Part shown: positions 9,395 to 18,560 of the stretch, piece by piece
Position numbering within the stretch: position 1 is the first letter of the stretch
Layout of the letters: each line of letters opens with the position of its first letter
Source: Candidatus Levyibacteriota bacterium
GTDB taxonomy: Bacteria > Patescibacteriota > Microgenomatia > Levybacterales > UBA12049
Direction: 5' to 3'
DNA length: 64,000 nucleotides
NCBI GenBank assembly: GCA_016182185.1
Contig: JACOXU010000002.1
Location: 22,874-86,873, forward strand
Notes under the pieces: generated by a model
Database searches by the model: none
What the model was told of the DNA's origin: nothing
What the model saw: the letters and a program-made list of their open reading frames with translations, nothing else
Made by a program: the position numbers and the translations under genes

Positions 9395-11890
9395 ATGAAG
9401 CTTGATGGAATAAGAAATAAAGTATTTTTGGACAGATATGCTCTTAAGGGAGTCAAAGGAGAACTCTTAGAACATACACCCCAAGAAATGTGGAAGAGGG
9501 TCGCCCGGGGGATTGCCGAGAATGAGAAAAAAGCTGTAAGAAAACACTGGGAAAAAGAATTCTACAACGTAATGAGTGACTTTAAGTTTGTTCCGGGTGG
9601 AAGAATCTTGTCTGGTGCCGGAACAAATTATGAGGTTACTTATTTTAATTGTTTTGTTATTCCATCACCCAAAGATTCAAGAGAGGGAATTTTGGAATCC
9701 CTAAAACAATTAGTAGAAATTCAGTCAAGGTCTGGTGGCGTAGGTCTTAATCTTTCATCCTTAAGACCAAGAGGCGCTCGTGTTAAAAAGGTCAATGGAA
9801 CTTCTTCAGGTCCTGTGACATGGGCTGGACTTTTCTCCTACGCAACGCATGATGTCGTCCAGCAGGGAGGAACAAGAAGAGGTGCAACCATGCTTATGCT
9901 TTGGGATTGGCATCCTGATATCGAGGAATTCATTACTGTCAAGCAGGATCTCTCAAAAATAAATGGCGCCAATCTCTCAGTTTGTGTTTCTGATTCTTTC
10001 ATGGAAGCGGTCAAAAAGGACAAAGATTGGAGTTTGATTTATCCTGATCTGGATGATCCAAAATATGATGAGAAATGGGATGGTGAGATAGATCAATGGA
10101 AAAAAATGGGCGGGAAAATAAAAGTCTATAAAACTATAAAGGCCCGGGATCTTTGGAATCTTATCTGCGAAGCAGCATGGAGATCTGCTGAGCCAGGCCT
10201 TCATTTTCTTGAGAGAAGCAACAAGAGAAGCAACACCTGGTATTTTGAAAAATTAATCGCCACGAATCCCTGCGGTGAACAGCCATTGGGACCCTGGGCA
10301 GTTTGTAATCTCGGAGCTATGAATTTGGCAGTATATGTAAAACCTGCCTCGCAGCAAGGCGGGAACGGCGAATTTGATTACAAGAATTTTGGGAAAGATG
10401 TCAAAACCGCAGTGAGATTCTTAGATAATGTTATTGATAAAACATACTATTTTTTCAAAGAAAATGAAAAAATCGCCAAAGAGATAAGAAGAACCGGTCT
10501 TGGCATCATGGGCTTGGGAGATGCGCTTATTAAGATGAAAGTAAGATACGGATCCGATGAATCTTTGGAAATAATTGATAAAATATTTGAGACACTTAGA
10601 AACAGTGCCTATGAGGCCTCTTCTGATATTGCCAGAGAAAAGGGTGTATTCCCGAAATTTAACAAGGCAAAATACATGAAGGGGTACCATATCAAAGAAC
10701 TTCCTGAGGAAATTCAAAAGAAAATTACCAAACAGGGCATAAGAAATGCGGTCCTTCTTACCATTGCTCCAACCGGTACCACATCTCTTCTTTCAGGTGT
10801 TACTTCAGGAATTGAACCTGTTTATGAATTTACATTTATTCGTCGAGATAGAACTGGAGAACATATAATGTACCATCCGCTATATGAAGAGTGGAAAAAA
10901 GAAAACCAAGAGAGAGAAAAATCCTTCGACTCCGTTCAGGATAGACCAGAGTATTTTGTCAGCGCAAATGATCTTACCCCTCTTGAACATGCTCAGGTCC
11001 AGGCAGTTGCCCAAAAATATATCGATGCATCAATCTCAAAAACAGTCAATGCGCCAAATGCACATACCGTTGAAGATGTAAAGACACTTTACATGGCAGC
11101 TTATGATTTGGGACTTAAAGGTGTAACCTACATGAGAGATGGATCAAGAGAAGGAGTTCTCACCCGAGTCGAGGAGAAAAAAGAAGAAGTCAAACAGGAG
11201 AAAGCCCTAACGCCTCTTGGTAAGCCTGTTATTCCGCGACCGATGCAGCTTGAGGGAGTAACTTATGCAATCCAAACGCCGGTAGGCAAGACTTATATCA
11301 CGATTAACCACGATGAAAAAAGAGAACCATTTGAAGTATTTATAACCATCGGCAAATCAGGTTCTGACGTTGCGGCAATGGCAGATGCATTGGGGCGAAT
11401 GATCTCTGTAAACCTTCGTCTTATTGGCGGCTTGACGCCTAGAGAGCGCATAAGACAAGTTGTAGCACAACTTGCTGGAATAGGCGGAGCCAGAAGTGTT
11501 GGATTTGGCAAAGACAAAGTCAGATCCTTGCCTGACGCAGTCGCAAAAATACTGTCTATACATTTTGACTTTGCAGTTAATGGAAATGTGGAGGACAGAA
11601 ATAAAATTATTGCAAATGGACATGCTCCGGAGAATATCTCAGCTTCTTTAAATGGCTCAGCTAAGAATGGAAGTCATGAGGAGGAAAAAACAGAGGATCC
11701 TGAGATAGTTAAATTACAGCAGTTGCCTCTTGTAGGACAGGCATCTGGAGTTTTTGCCGAAGATAAATCCTCTCTTGATATGGAAGCCGGAACCGGACTT
11801 TATGATATCTGTCCTGAATGTGGAGCCGGAAGCCTAGCATATGAAGAAGGCTGTAGGAAATGCTACAGCTGTGGTTATTCCGAATGCTAG
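9395..11890 (+). CDS. nrdJ: Adenosylcobalamin-dependent (class II) ribonucleoside reductase
   Basis: 831 aa; RNR catalytic-core motifs ('NPCGEQPL', 'TIAPTGTTS') and a C-terminal CxxC...CxxC zinc ribbon 'CPECG...CRKCYSCG'. Confidence 0.85.
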   Translation: MKLDGIRNKVFLDRYALKGVKGELLEHTPQEMWKRVARGIAENEKKAVRKHWEKEFYNVMSDFKFVPGGRILSGAGTNYEVTYFNCFVIPSPKDSREGILESLKQLVEIQSRSGGVGLNLSSLRPRGARVKKVNGTSSGPVTWAGLFSYATHDVVQQGGTRRGATMLMLWDWHPDIEEFITVKQDLSKINGANLSVCVSDSFMEAVKKDKDWSLIYPDLDDPKYDEKWDGEIDQWKKMGGKIKVYKTIKARDLWNLICEAAWRSAEPGLHFLERSNKRSNTWYFEKLIATNPCGEQPLGPWAVCNLGAMNLAVYVKPASQQGGNGEFDYKNFGKDVKTAVRFLDNVIDKTYYFFKENEKIAKEIRRTGLGIMGLGDALIKMKVRYGSDESLEIIDKIFETLRNSAYEASSDIAREKGVFPKFNKAKYMKGYHIKELPEEIQKKITKQGIRNAVLLTIAPTGTTSLLSGVTSGIEPVYEFTFIRRDRTGEHIMYHPLYEEWKKENQEREKSFDSVQDRPEYFVSANDLTPLEHAQVQAVAQKYIDASISKTVNAPNAHTVEDVKTLYMAAYDLGLKGVTYMRDGSREGVLTRVEEKKEEVKQEKALTPLGKPVIPRPMQLEGVTYAIQTPVGKTYITINHDEKREPFEVFITIGKSGSDVAAMADALGRMISVNLRLIGGLTPRERIRQVVAQLAGIGGARSVGFGKDKVRSLPDAVAKILSIHFDFAVNGNVEDRNKIIANGHAPENISASLNGSAKNGSHEEEKTEDPEIVKLQQLPLVGQASGVFAEDKSSLDMEAGTGLYDICPECGAGSLAYEEGCRKCYSCGYSEC

Positions 11891-11929
11891 AGCTTGATTA
11901 AAAGAGCTTTCTATTTTAAAATCATAAAA

Positions 11930-12031
11930 CTTAAGCATAGGTAATTACGGTGGATATCCGTAGCTGTGCCGCAACTGTAAAAGCCAGAAAACTATGCTAA
12001 AAAAGTTTTCCCGAGCAGGAAATTAAGATTT
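11930..12031 (+). promoter_or_regulatory. Candidate leader RNA element with antiterminator upstream of pduO
   Basis: P1-like pairing GCATAG (11935-40) with CTATGC (11994-99), enclosing 'ACGGTGGATATCCGTAGCTGTGCCGCAACTGT...AGCCAG', which weakly resembles the cobalamin-riboswitch core (GGUG.AA.UCC...GC.G..CCGC.ACUGU...AGCCAG). CCCGAG (12010-15) can pair with CTTGGG (12038-43) as an antiterminator. Confidence 0.25.
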
Positions 12032-12061
12032 ATCCTTCTTGGGAACAAGAAGGATTTTTTT
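12032..12061 (+). terminator. Intrinsic terminator hairpin directly abutting the pduO ATG
   Basis: 10-bp stem atccttcttg/caagaaggat with a ggaa loop, followed by TTTTTT(T) and then ATG at 12062. Confidence 0.55.
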
Positions 12062-12607
12062 ATGCCAATTTATACCAAAAAAGGTGATAAAGGAAGAACG
12101 TCTCTTTTTACTGGGAAAAAGGTTTCAAAAACTGCAGCAAGAATAGAGGCGATAGGAACTATAGACGAGTTAAATAGCACGATAGGGTTTACAATATCAA
12201 ATATAAAAAATAAAAAATCAAAGATTAAGGAAGAATTAATTGAAATTCAGAGAGATTTGTTTGAAATTGGTGCATCTTTGGCAAATCCATCAACGTTTAG
12301 GAAACTTAAAATTTTAGAGAGGGTTTCACATTTTGAAAAGTTCATAGATGAGATGACGGAACAGATGCCTAAACTTTCAAATTTTATTCTCCCAGGAGGA
12401 ACAACTGCTGCTTCATATTTGCACATCGCCCGTACAGTCTGCCGAAGAGCAGAAAGAAGACTGGTTGCCTTATCACACAAAGAAAGGATTGATAAAAAAA
12501 TCTTAGTTTATATCAACCGACTCTCGGATTTATTTCTAACCATGTCAAGATTCGTGAATTTTAAAAGTGGCAAAGAGGAAACAATCTGGAAAGGAGACCA
12601 TAAATGA
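12062..12607 (+). CDS. ATP:cob(I)alamin adenosyltransferase, PduO-type
   Basis: 'MPIYTKKGDKGRTSLFTGKKVSK...IEAIGTIDELNS' is the characteristic PduO/MMAB N-terminus; 181 aa. Confidence 0.8.
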   Translation: MPIYTKKGDKGRTSLFTGKKVSKTAARIEAIGTIDELNSTIGFTISNIKNKKSKIKEELIEIQRDLFEIGASLANPSTFRKLKILERVSHFEKFIDEMTEQMPKLSNFILPGGTTAASYLHIARTVCRRAERRLVALSHKERIDKKILVYINRLSDLFLTMSRFVNFKSGKEETIWKGDHK

Positions 12608-13884
12608 TAGCTGTCGAAGCCCGTCCATCAGTTTTTAAAACCGAGGACGAAAGCCTCACGGGAAATCCTTTGGCAAAAGAGATAAGATATTTTGATCTGA
12701 ACTGGAGACGGGAAGGGTTGCCATCTGACTGGTATAACCTGAACGAAATTGGATTTAGTATGAATGGGCAAATGAATCTTCTTCAAGGATTGGATCAGGA
12801 GTCAAAGTCAATTTGGCTAAGACAAACAAAAAGAGATATTTTGGGTTTTGGCTTAGAATACCTTCGGCAAGGTATAGTTTTTCCATTCGAATACGAAGTT
12901 ACGGAAGTTGAGGGAGAACGGGATCTTATAGATTCTGAATATGGAAAAAGATTACTTGATACTGTTGATAAAAAGGAAAGAGATGGGTATGTTCTCTCAT
13001 CTCTTCGGATAATTCAGGAACATTTATTAAAAAAAGATGGGACAAGCGCCACGATGGTAAGCCCTTTGGGCTGGACAGGTCTTAAAACTGATAGGGGAGA
13101 AGATATCTTATATCAAGATACGCAAGTATATTTCTTAAGAAGAAAAGAAAATACGATTATCGGAACAACCTTTAGAACTGATTTCAATTTTGCCGAGACC
13201 AGAGAAGCGATCAGAATTTTAACAGGGAAAGAACTCCCTGAAAATGCGTCTGTGATGGATTATATAAAGACTCTTTCTCTGGAAGATTCTTCGGAAAGAC
13301 ATGAAGAAGATATTGTATTTGATTTACTTTCTTCGAGGAAAAATATTTCAGGTGAAGATAAGTCTGCATATAAAGATAAAACATGGAGAGATATGTTCCA
13401 AGCTCTTAAAAATAGAAATTTTCTTTACGATTTTGATGAACAGGTAAAGCAAATGATTGGCGAATTTGAAGATTATGTAGTTTCAAATAATCTTTCGAAA
13501 GCTGAAATCCGCAAGGCACTTGCCGCAACAATACTTAGGATATCCAAACACGCTTTATTCGGTCAAGATGATAGGGAGTATAGGTATTTAAAGACTGCTT
13601 ACCATAGAAACAAAGACCATCTTGATACAAGAACAATAACATATGGAGAAGTTTTTGAAAAAGTTAAAGAACTTCCGGGGTGCGCAGGAGGGGGATCAAA
13701 AACAAGCTCAATAGAATCTATAACGGATAGAAGTATCAGTATATTTGAGGATCTGGGATACGATTTTGATCAACCAGGCCCATGTAAAAAATGCGGAAGC
13801 GATACCAGGTGTGGACCGTGTGGAATTTGCAAAAGCTGCGATATTTCAATACGAAGAAAAGAAGCTTTCAAAATTGCTGCGTGA
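12604..13884 (+). CDS. Hypothetical protein with C-terminal Cys-rich zinc-knot (CKKCGSDTRCGPCGICKSCD)
   Basis: ATG overlaps the pduO stop (ATGA); 426 aa; no known catalytic motif. Confidence 0.5.
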   Translation: MIAVEARPSVFKTEDESLTGNPLAKEIRYFDLNWRREGLPSDWYNLNEIGFSMNGQMNLLQGLDQESKSIWLRQTKRDILGFGLEYLRQGIVFPFEYEVTEVEGERDLIDSEYGKRLLDTVDKKERDGYVLSSLRIIQEHLLKKDGTSATMVSPLGWTGLKTDRGEDILYQDTQVYFLRRKENTIIGTTFRTDFNFAETREAIRILTGKELPENASVMDYIKTLSLEDSSERHEEDIVFDLLSSRKNISGEDKSAYKDKTWRDMFQALKNRNFLYDFDEQVKQMIGEFEDYVVSNNLSKAEIRKALAATILRISKHALFGQDDREYRYLKTAYHRNKDHLDTRTITYGEVFEKVKELPGCAGGGSKTSSIESITDRSISIFEDLGYDFDQPGPCKKCGSDTRCGPCGICKSCDISIRRKEAFKIAA

Positions 13885-13942
13885 TGATACTGTGAGCCAA
13901 ATGTAATGACACGATTCTAAATTCGTGTTATCATGTTTACAT

Positions 13943-14380
13943 ATGGATAGCAAGATTCAGTCAGGCTCACAACAACCATCGGGAGGTGCGGATGTTTCAG
14001 GAGTTGAAGTAGGATCTGGAGCAGTTTCTCCAGTTTCTGTCGCACCGAAAAAAGAAGGTGCACCAGTAGAAATCAGACCCTCAGAACCGGAATTAAATAT
14101 TCATCCTGAAATTGCCGAAATTGGTGTTGAAAAGGCAGAGAAACACCCCGTTTTAACAGCAGAACACGAAGAGGCGGGACTAAGACTTTCTGAGCCAAGG
14201 CCAATTATTTCAGATAAACCCCAAACACAGTCATTACCAGATTTACCGTTATCAATAGGTCAGGCAAAACATATCGCCAAAGTTGGAAAAACCGATGACA
14301 AGAAATCATGGCTTGCCAACCTGGTCCTTAGGGCATTTGAAAAAATTAGAAAGAAAGAATTAGAACATGCAGCCGCTTGA
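13943..14380 (+). CDS. Hypothetical Pro/Glu-rich, probably disordered protein
   Basis: The track ORF starts with GTG at 13925; the first ATG is at 13943 ('MDSKIQ'). Its stop overlaps the start of the next gene. Confidence 0.35.
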   Translation: MDSKIQSGSQQPSGGADVSGVEVGSGAVSPVSVAPKKEGAPVEIRPSEPELNIHPEIAEIGVEKAEKHPVLTAEHEEAGLRLSEPRPIISDKPQTQSLPDLPLSIGQAKHIAKVGKTDDKKSWLANLVLRAFEKIRKKELEHAAA

Positions 14381-16739
14381 TTTACAAAATTTAACTACAT
14401 TTTTGACTGTTTTTTTGGCAGGGCTTTTGGCCTCGATTTTGATTGTTTTAGGCCTTATTTTACTAGGTTATATTTTTATTATTTTATACAGAAATCGCAA
14501 TCGGGAAAAAGAATCCCTTGATTCGATTCTTCTTCAAGTTTCACTGCCAAGAGATAATGAAATCAAAATTGACGCGGCAGAACAAATGTTTTCAAGCTTT
14601 GCTTCAATTAGAAAAGGCGGAAGATTCTCTTTTTTAAATCCTCAGCCACATCTCTCCTTTGAAATTGTCGGAATGCCTGAAGATATCCGCTTTTATGCAA
14701 ATACACCAAACAATTTAAAAGATTTTGTTGAGAAGCAAATAAATGGTGCATATCCTGAAGCAGAAATAAAAGAAGTAGATATTAAAAATTTCGCCAAAGA
14801 GGGCTATGCAATCGGAAATGAGTATAATATTTTTTCAGGGGAGGGAAAGGTCGCTTTTGCCAGTCTGAGACCTAAATCTTCAAGCTATATGCCTATTAAA
14901 GTCTTCAAAGATTTACCTACCGACCCACTGTCCTCCATTACTTCTATTTTGGCCAAGATGACCGAGGGAGAGGGTGCGGCAATTCAAATAATGGTGAGTC
15001 CGTCTGATTCCAAATGGAAAAAATTAGGAAGAAGCTATATTGCCAAAACCAAAAAAATGGAATCAAATCCCGAGACCGCAAAATATGCGGCTGACCCCAA
15101 AGAGCTTGAAGGAATTGAGAACAAAATTGGAAAAGCAGGTTTTGATGTAGTGGCAAGAATTGTTATTTCTTCAAAAACAAATGAAGCGGCCAAGGCTCAT
15201 CTGAGTAATATTATCTCAAGTTTCAGTCAATTCGACGGGCTTAATTCCTTCACCAAAAATTCTCATCGATTCAAGGGATTATTCATGAAGGATTTTATTT
15301 ATCGCTTTATGCCGATGCGAGGACAGACAGGAGTCTTGTCGAGCGAAGAATTGGCAACCATTTTTCATTTTCCCAACAAAAGCGTTGAAACCCCTCATAT
15401 TCATTGGATTACTGCCAAGAGAGCTCCTGCTCCTGCTCAAATTCCTCAAAGAGGACTATTTTTGGGGAAAAGCACTTATAGGGGGATCGTTAAACCGGTT
15501 CATATTAGCCTTGATGATCGCAGGCGTCACATGTACATCATCGGGAAGACAGGAACCGGAAAATCAGAATTTTTAAAATCCATGATTATGCAGGATATCA
15601 GAAATGGAGAGGGACTGGCTGTGATTGATCCTCACGGAGATTTGATAGACGATATTTTAAAACTTATTCCGCCCCAGCGATCTGAGGATGTAATACTTTT
15701 TGATCCTTCAGACACACAAAGACCAATGGGTTTTAACATGCTTGATGCAAGAACAGAGGAACAGAAACATTATGTAGTTTCATCAATTATTGGGCTTATG
15801 TACAAGCTTTTTGATCCCCATCAAACAGGAATCATCGGGCCTAGGTTTGAACATGCGATAAGAAATGCGATGCTTACTGTCATGTATGAGTCGGGAAGTA
15901 CATTTGTTGAAGTCGTAAGAGCATTGACTGATGCGACTTATGTGCAAGAGCTTTTACCCAAAGTTCAGGACCCTATTATCAGGCGCTATTGGACAGATCA
16001 GATCGCCCAAACTTCGGATTTCCATAAATCCGAGGTCTTGGATTATATAGTTTCTAAGTTCGGAAGGTTTGTTACCAATAAGATGATCAGAAATATTATC
16101 GGTCAATCACAGAGTTCATTTGATTTCCGAAATGTAATGGATGAGCAGAAAATTTTGCTCATCAATCTTTCAAAAGGAAAAATAGGGGAAGAGAATTCGA
16201 ATTTCTTGGGATTAATATTGGTTCCTAAAATTCTGGTGGCTGCGATGTCTCGGCAGGATGTGCCGATTGAGCAAAGAAAAGACTTCTTTCTTTATGTTGA
16301 TGAGTTTCAAAACTTTGCGACTCCTGATTTTGCCCAAATTCTTTCTGAAGCTCGAAAGTACCGCCTTAATTTAATAGTCGCAAACCAGTTTATCGGGCAA
16401 ATGGAAGAGGAGGTTAAAAACGCCATCTTTGGAAACGTGGGTAGCGTCATGGCCTTCAGAGTCGGAGTAACAGATGCAAATTATCTTCAGCATGAATTCC
16501 AACCAGTCTTTAACGAATCAGATCTTATAAATGTTGAGAGATTTAATACCTATATGAAGACAATCGTGGGAGGGGAGCCCGTACTGCCATTTTCTATGGA
16601 TTTGACACGGGATATGAGTGAAGAAAAAAAGATTGCCAATCAAAGAGTTTCAGAACTGGTCCGCGAACTTTCGCGCTTAAAGTATGGGAAAGAAGCGGAA
16701 ATTGTTGAGGCAGAAATCTCCAAAAGGGCCAAACTCTAA
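14367..16739 (+). CDS. Membrane-anchored P-loop ATPase of the FtsK-HerA/VirD4-TraD (DUF87-like) superfamily
   Basis: 34-residue N-terminal hydrophobic segment; Walker A 'IIGKTGTGKSEFL' around residue 390; 'FLYVDEFQNF' Walker B-like; 'YRLNLIVANQ' conserved C-terminal motif; 790 aa. Confidence 0.6.
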   Translation: MQPLDLQNLTTFLTVFLAGLLASILIVLGLILLGYIFIILYRNRNREKESLDSILLQVSLPRDNEIKIDAAEQMFSSFASIRKGGRFSFLNPQPHLSFEIVGMPEDIRFYANTPNNLKDFVEKQINGAYPEAEIKEVDIKNFAKEGYAIGNEYNIFSGEGKVAFASLRPKSSSYMPIKVFKDLPTDPLSSITSILAKMTEGEGAAIQIMVSPSDSKWKKLGRSYIAKTKKMESNPETAKYAADPKELEGIENKIGKAGFDVVARIVISSKTNEAAKAHLSNIISSFSQFDGLNSFTKNSHRFKGLFMKDFIYRFMPMRGQTGVLSSEELATIFHFPNKSVETPHIHWITAKRAPAPAQIPQRGLFLGKSTYRGIVKPVHISLDDRRRHMYIIGKTGTGKSEFLKSMIMQDIRNGEGLAVIDPHGDLIDDILKLIPPQRSEDVILFDPSDTQRPMGFNMLDARTEEQKHYVVSSIIGLMYKLFDPHQTGIIGPRFEHAIRNAMLTVMYESGSTFVEVVRALTDATYVQELLPKVQDPIIRRYWTDQIAQTSDFHKSEVLDYIVSKFGRFVTNKMIRNIIGQSQSSFDFRNVMDEQKILLINLSKGKIGEENSNFLGLILVPKILVAAMSRQDVPIEQRKDFFLYVDEFQNFATPDFAQILSEARKYRLNLIVANQFIGQMEEEVKNAIFGNVGSVMAFRVGVTDANYLQHEFQPVFNESDLINVERFNTYMKTIVGGEPVLPFSMDLTRDMSEEKKIANQRVSELVRELSRLKYGKEAEIVEAEISKRAKL

Positions 16740-16742
16740 ACG

Positions 16743-16814
16743 TGCGTCCGCTTGGATTCGAACCAAGGACATCTACTTTATAAGAGTAGCGCTCTGCCAC
16801 TGAGCTACGGACGC
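16743..16814 (-). tRNA. tRNA-Ile, anticodon UAU
   Basis: Reverse complement folds as a 72-nt cloverleaf: GCGTCCG-TA-GCTC-AGTGGCA-GAGC-G-CTACT-CTTATAA-AGTAG-ATGTC-CTTGG-TTCGAAT-CCAAG-CGGACGC-A, with a perfect anticodon stem, U33, anticodon TAT and A37. No CCA is encoded. Confidence 0.7.
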
Positions 16815-16897
16815 AAAGTACTACAATTTTACCAAAGCCGGAAGACAACAGCAACCTTGAGAACTCCTTTTATTTCCTCTATAATCGCCCTAAAGTT

Positions 16898-17623
16898 ATG
16901 AGAAATAGCAGAGTGGTTTTGGCCGTCGGGGCTCACCCGGATGATATAGATTTTGGGGCAGCAGGAACTATTGCTAAATGGACCGGGGAGGGCGCAAGAG
17001 TATATTATCTTGTCTGTACCGATGGAAGTAGGGGCTCTGACGATCCTGGGATGACCCGCAAGAAACTTGCTCAAATTAGAAGAGAAGAGCAAGTCAATGC
17101 CGGCAGAGTTTTGGGGATCAAAAAAATTTTTTTTCTAAAACATGCCGATACCACGCTTGTCTCAGATTTTAAACTTAAGAAAGACATCGCACAGGTTATC
17201 AAAACCATCAAGCCAAATATTCTTCTGACCATGGATCCCTCTCTTTATTATTCTGAGAAGTTTAGTTTTATAAATCACTCAGACCACAGAGCTGCTGCTT
17301 TGGCAGCCATGGATGCCTGTTTTCCGCTTTCGCGTGATCGTCTCACATTTCCTGATCATGAGAGAAAGGGACTTTTCCCTCATAAGACTAAAGAACTCTG
17401 GTTGATAGGTTTTGAAAAAAGAAATCAATTGGTTGATGTCACAAAAACATTCGAGAAAAAATTAAAGGCCTTGTCGATGCACAAAAGTCAATTTCCAGAT
17501 TTCCCTGCAGTTAAAAAGAAAGTTGAGGAGACAGCCAGATATTTTGGAGAAGGCCTGCCTGCCGGCAAGCAGGCAAAAGGTGTCAAATATGCAGAGAATT
17601 TTACCAGAATTGTAATTTCTTAA
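16898..17623 (+). CDS. PIG-L/LmbE-family N-acetylglucosaminyl deacetylase
   Basis: N-terminal 'VLAVGAHPDDIDFGAAGTIAKW' is the PIG-L zinc-binding motif; 241 aa. Confidence 0.7.
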   Translation: MRNSRVVLAVGAHPDDIDFGAAGTIAKWTGEGARVYYLVCTDGSRGSDDPGMTRKKLAQIRREEQVNAGRVLGIKKIFFLKHADTTLVSDFKLKKDIAQVIKTIKPNILLTMDPSLYYSEKFSFINHSDHRAAALAAMDACFPLSRDRLTFPDHERKGLFPHKTKELWLIGFEKRNQLVDVTKTFEKKLKALSMHKSQFPDFPAVKKKVEETARYFGEGLPAGKQAKGVKYAENFTRIVIS

Positions 17624-18480
17624 AGATCTGAAAGATTTGAAGTTTCTTTTCCGCGTTCACCTACGTACTCAAGATACCTTTCAGTAGTTGAAAGTCTCTT
17701 GTGTCCCAGTATTTTTGAGAGTAAGACCAAAGAAACCCCTTGTTTTAGGTGATGGGCAACAAAAGTGTGCCTAAGATCATTAACTTTGGCGTCTTTGATT
17801 TCAGCAAGACGAAAATATCTTTCCATTGAGGTTCTAATATTTCTGACGAGGAAGGGCTTTCCGGATTTAGTGACATAAACATGTTCGTCTTTGGTCTTAG
17901 GTCGAAGTTCTAGATATTTACTAAGAGCTTCAAGGACGCGTTTGTTAAGAGGTACGGTTCTTTCGTCATGTTTTTCATAAGGTCTTATTTTCATAGTTTC
18001 TTTGTTAAGATCTGATAATTTTAGCTCTGCCAATTCTCCAATTCTTATTCCTGTCTGAAGCAAAAGTTCGATAATAGAAAACATACGCGGATCATTTCTG
18101 GCCGCATCTCGCAACGCCCTGTATTCAGTCGGGGTGAGAATTCTGGGTGTTGCCAGTTGATATCTGGGGTGGGCTACCAAAAGAGAGGGGTCATCCGTAA
18201 CATATTCATTTACCTTCAGAAATCTATAGAAAGTTCGGGTAGAGTTAATTTTGCGAGAAATTGATTTGGGAGTATAGCCCTCTTTGGTCAATTTAGCCAA
18301 AAAGGCCTCGATATCCTCTTTGGTCACTTCATGAATGTGATTTTTGGACAATTCTTCGAGAAAAGAAACAAGCTGCTCTATGTCTTTACCGTATGCTACA
18401 ATGGTAGAGCCTGAGTGCTTTTTTTCCTTTAAAAAATCTTTAAATTTTTGGTGGGCATCTCTGAGTTTTACTGGTTTCAT
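17620..18480 (-). CDS. Tyrosine site-specific recombinase, XerC/XerD-like
   Basis: C-terminal catalytic 'DLRHTFVAHHL...LGHKRLSTTERYLEY' (R..H..R..Y) and an N-terminal SAM-like core-binding domain; 286 aa. Confidence 0.75.
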   Translation of the reverse strand: MKPVKLRDAHQKFKDFLKEKKHSGSTIVAYGKDIEQLVSFLEELSKNHIHEVTKEDIEAFLAKLTKEGYTPKSISRKINSTRTFYRFLKVNEYVTDDPSLLVAHPRYQLATPRILTPTEYRALRDAARNDPRMFSIIELLLQTGIRIGELAELKLSDLNKETMKIRPYEKHDERTVPLNKRVLEALSKYLELRPKTKDEHVYVTKSGKPFLVRNIRTSMERYFRLAEIKDAKVNDLRHTFVAHHLKQGVSLVLLSKILGHKRLSTTERYLEYVGERGKETSNLSDL

Positions 18481-18560
18481 GCTAGGCTAAAAAATATAAG
18501 ATGTCCTATAATATCAAAGATTGCCTGGGTAGTCAAGATGGAATACACTGAGAGATAAAT

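Noticed and set aside
9838-11623. Several antisense ORFs (61-98 aa) inside nrdJ
   Set aside because: They are embedded opposite a well-supported 831-aa CDS. The same applies to the antisense ORFs inside ftsH, the ATP-dependent DNA ligase gene, copA, trxB and the GH130 genes.
16594-17092. Two minus-strand ORFs (86 and 87 aa) overlapping the tRNA-Ile gene and the start of the PIG-L gene
   Set aside because: Both are antisense to better-supported features (a tRNA cloverleaf and a motif-bearing CDS) and are therefore almost certainly spurious.
17620-18480. Prophage or integrative element centred on the tyrosine recombinase
   Set aside because: There are no phage structural, terminase, excisionase or repressor genes nearby. 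The neighbours are housekeeping-like (PIG-L, FtsB-like). Kept only as a low-interest open question, not called as a mobile element.
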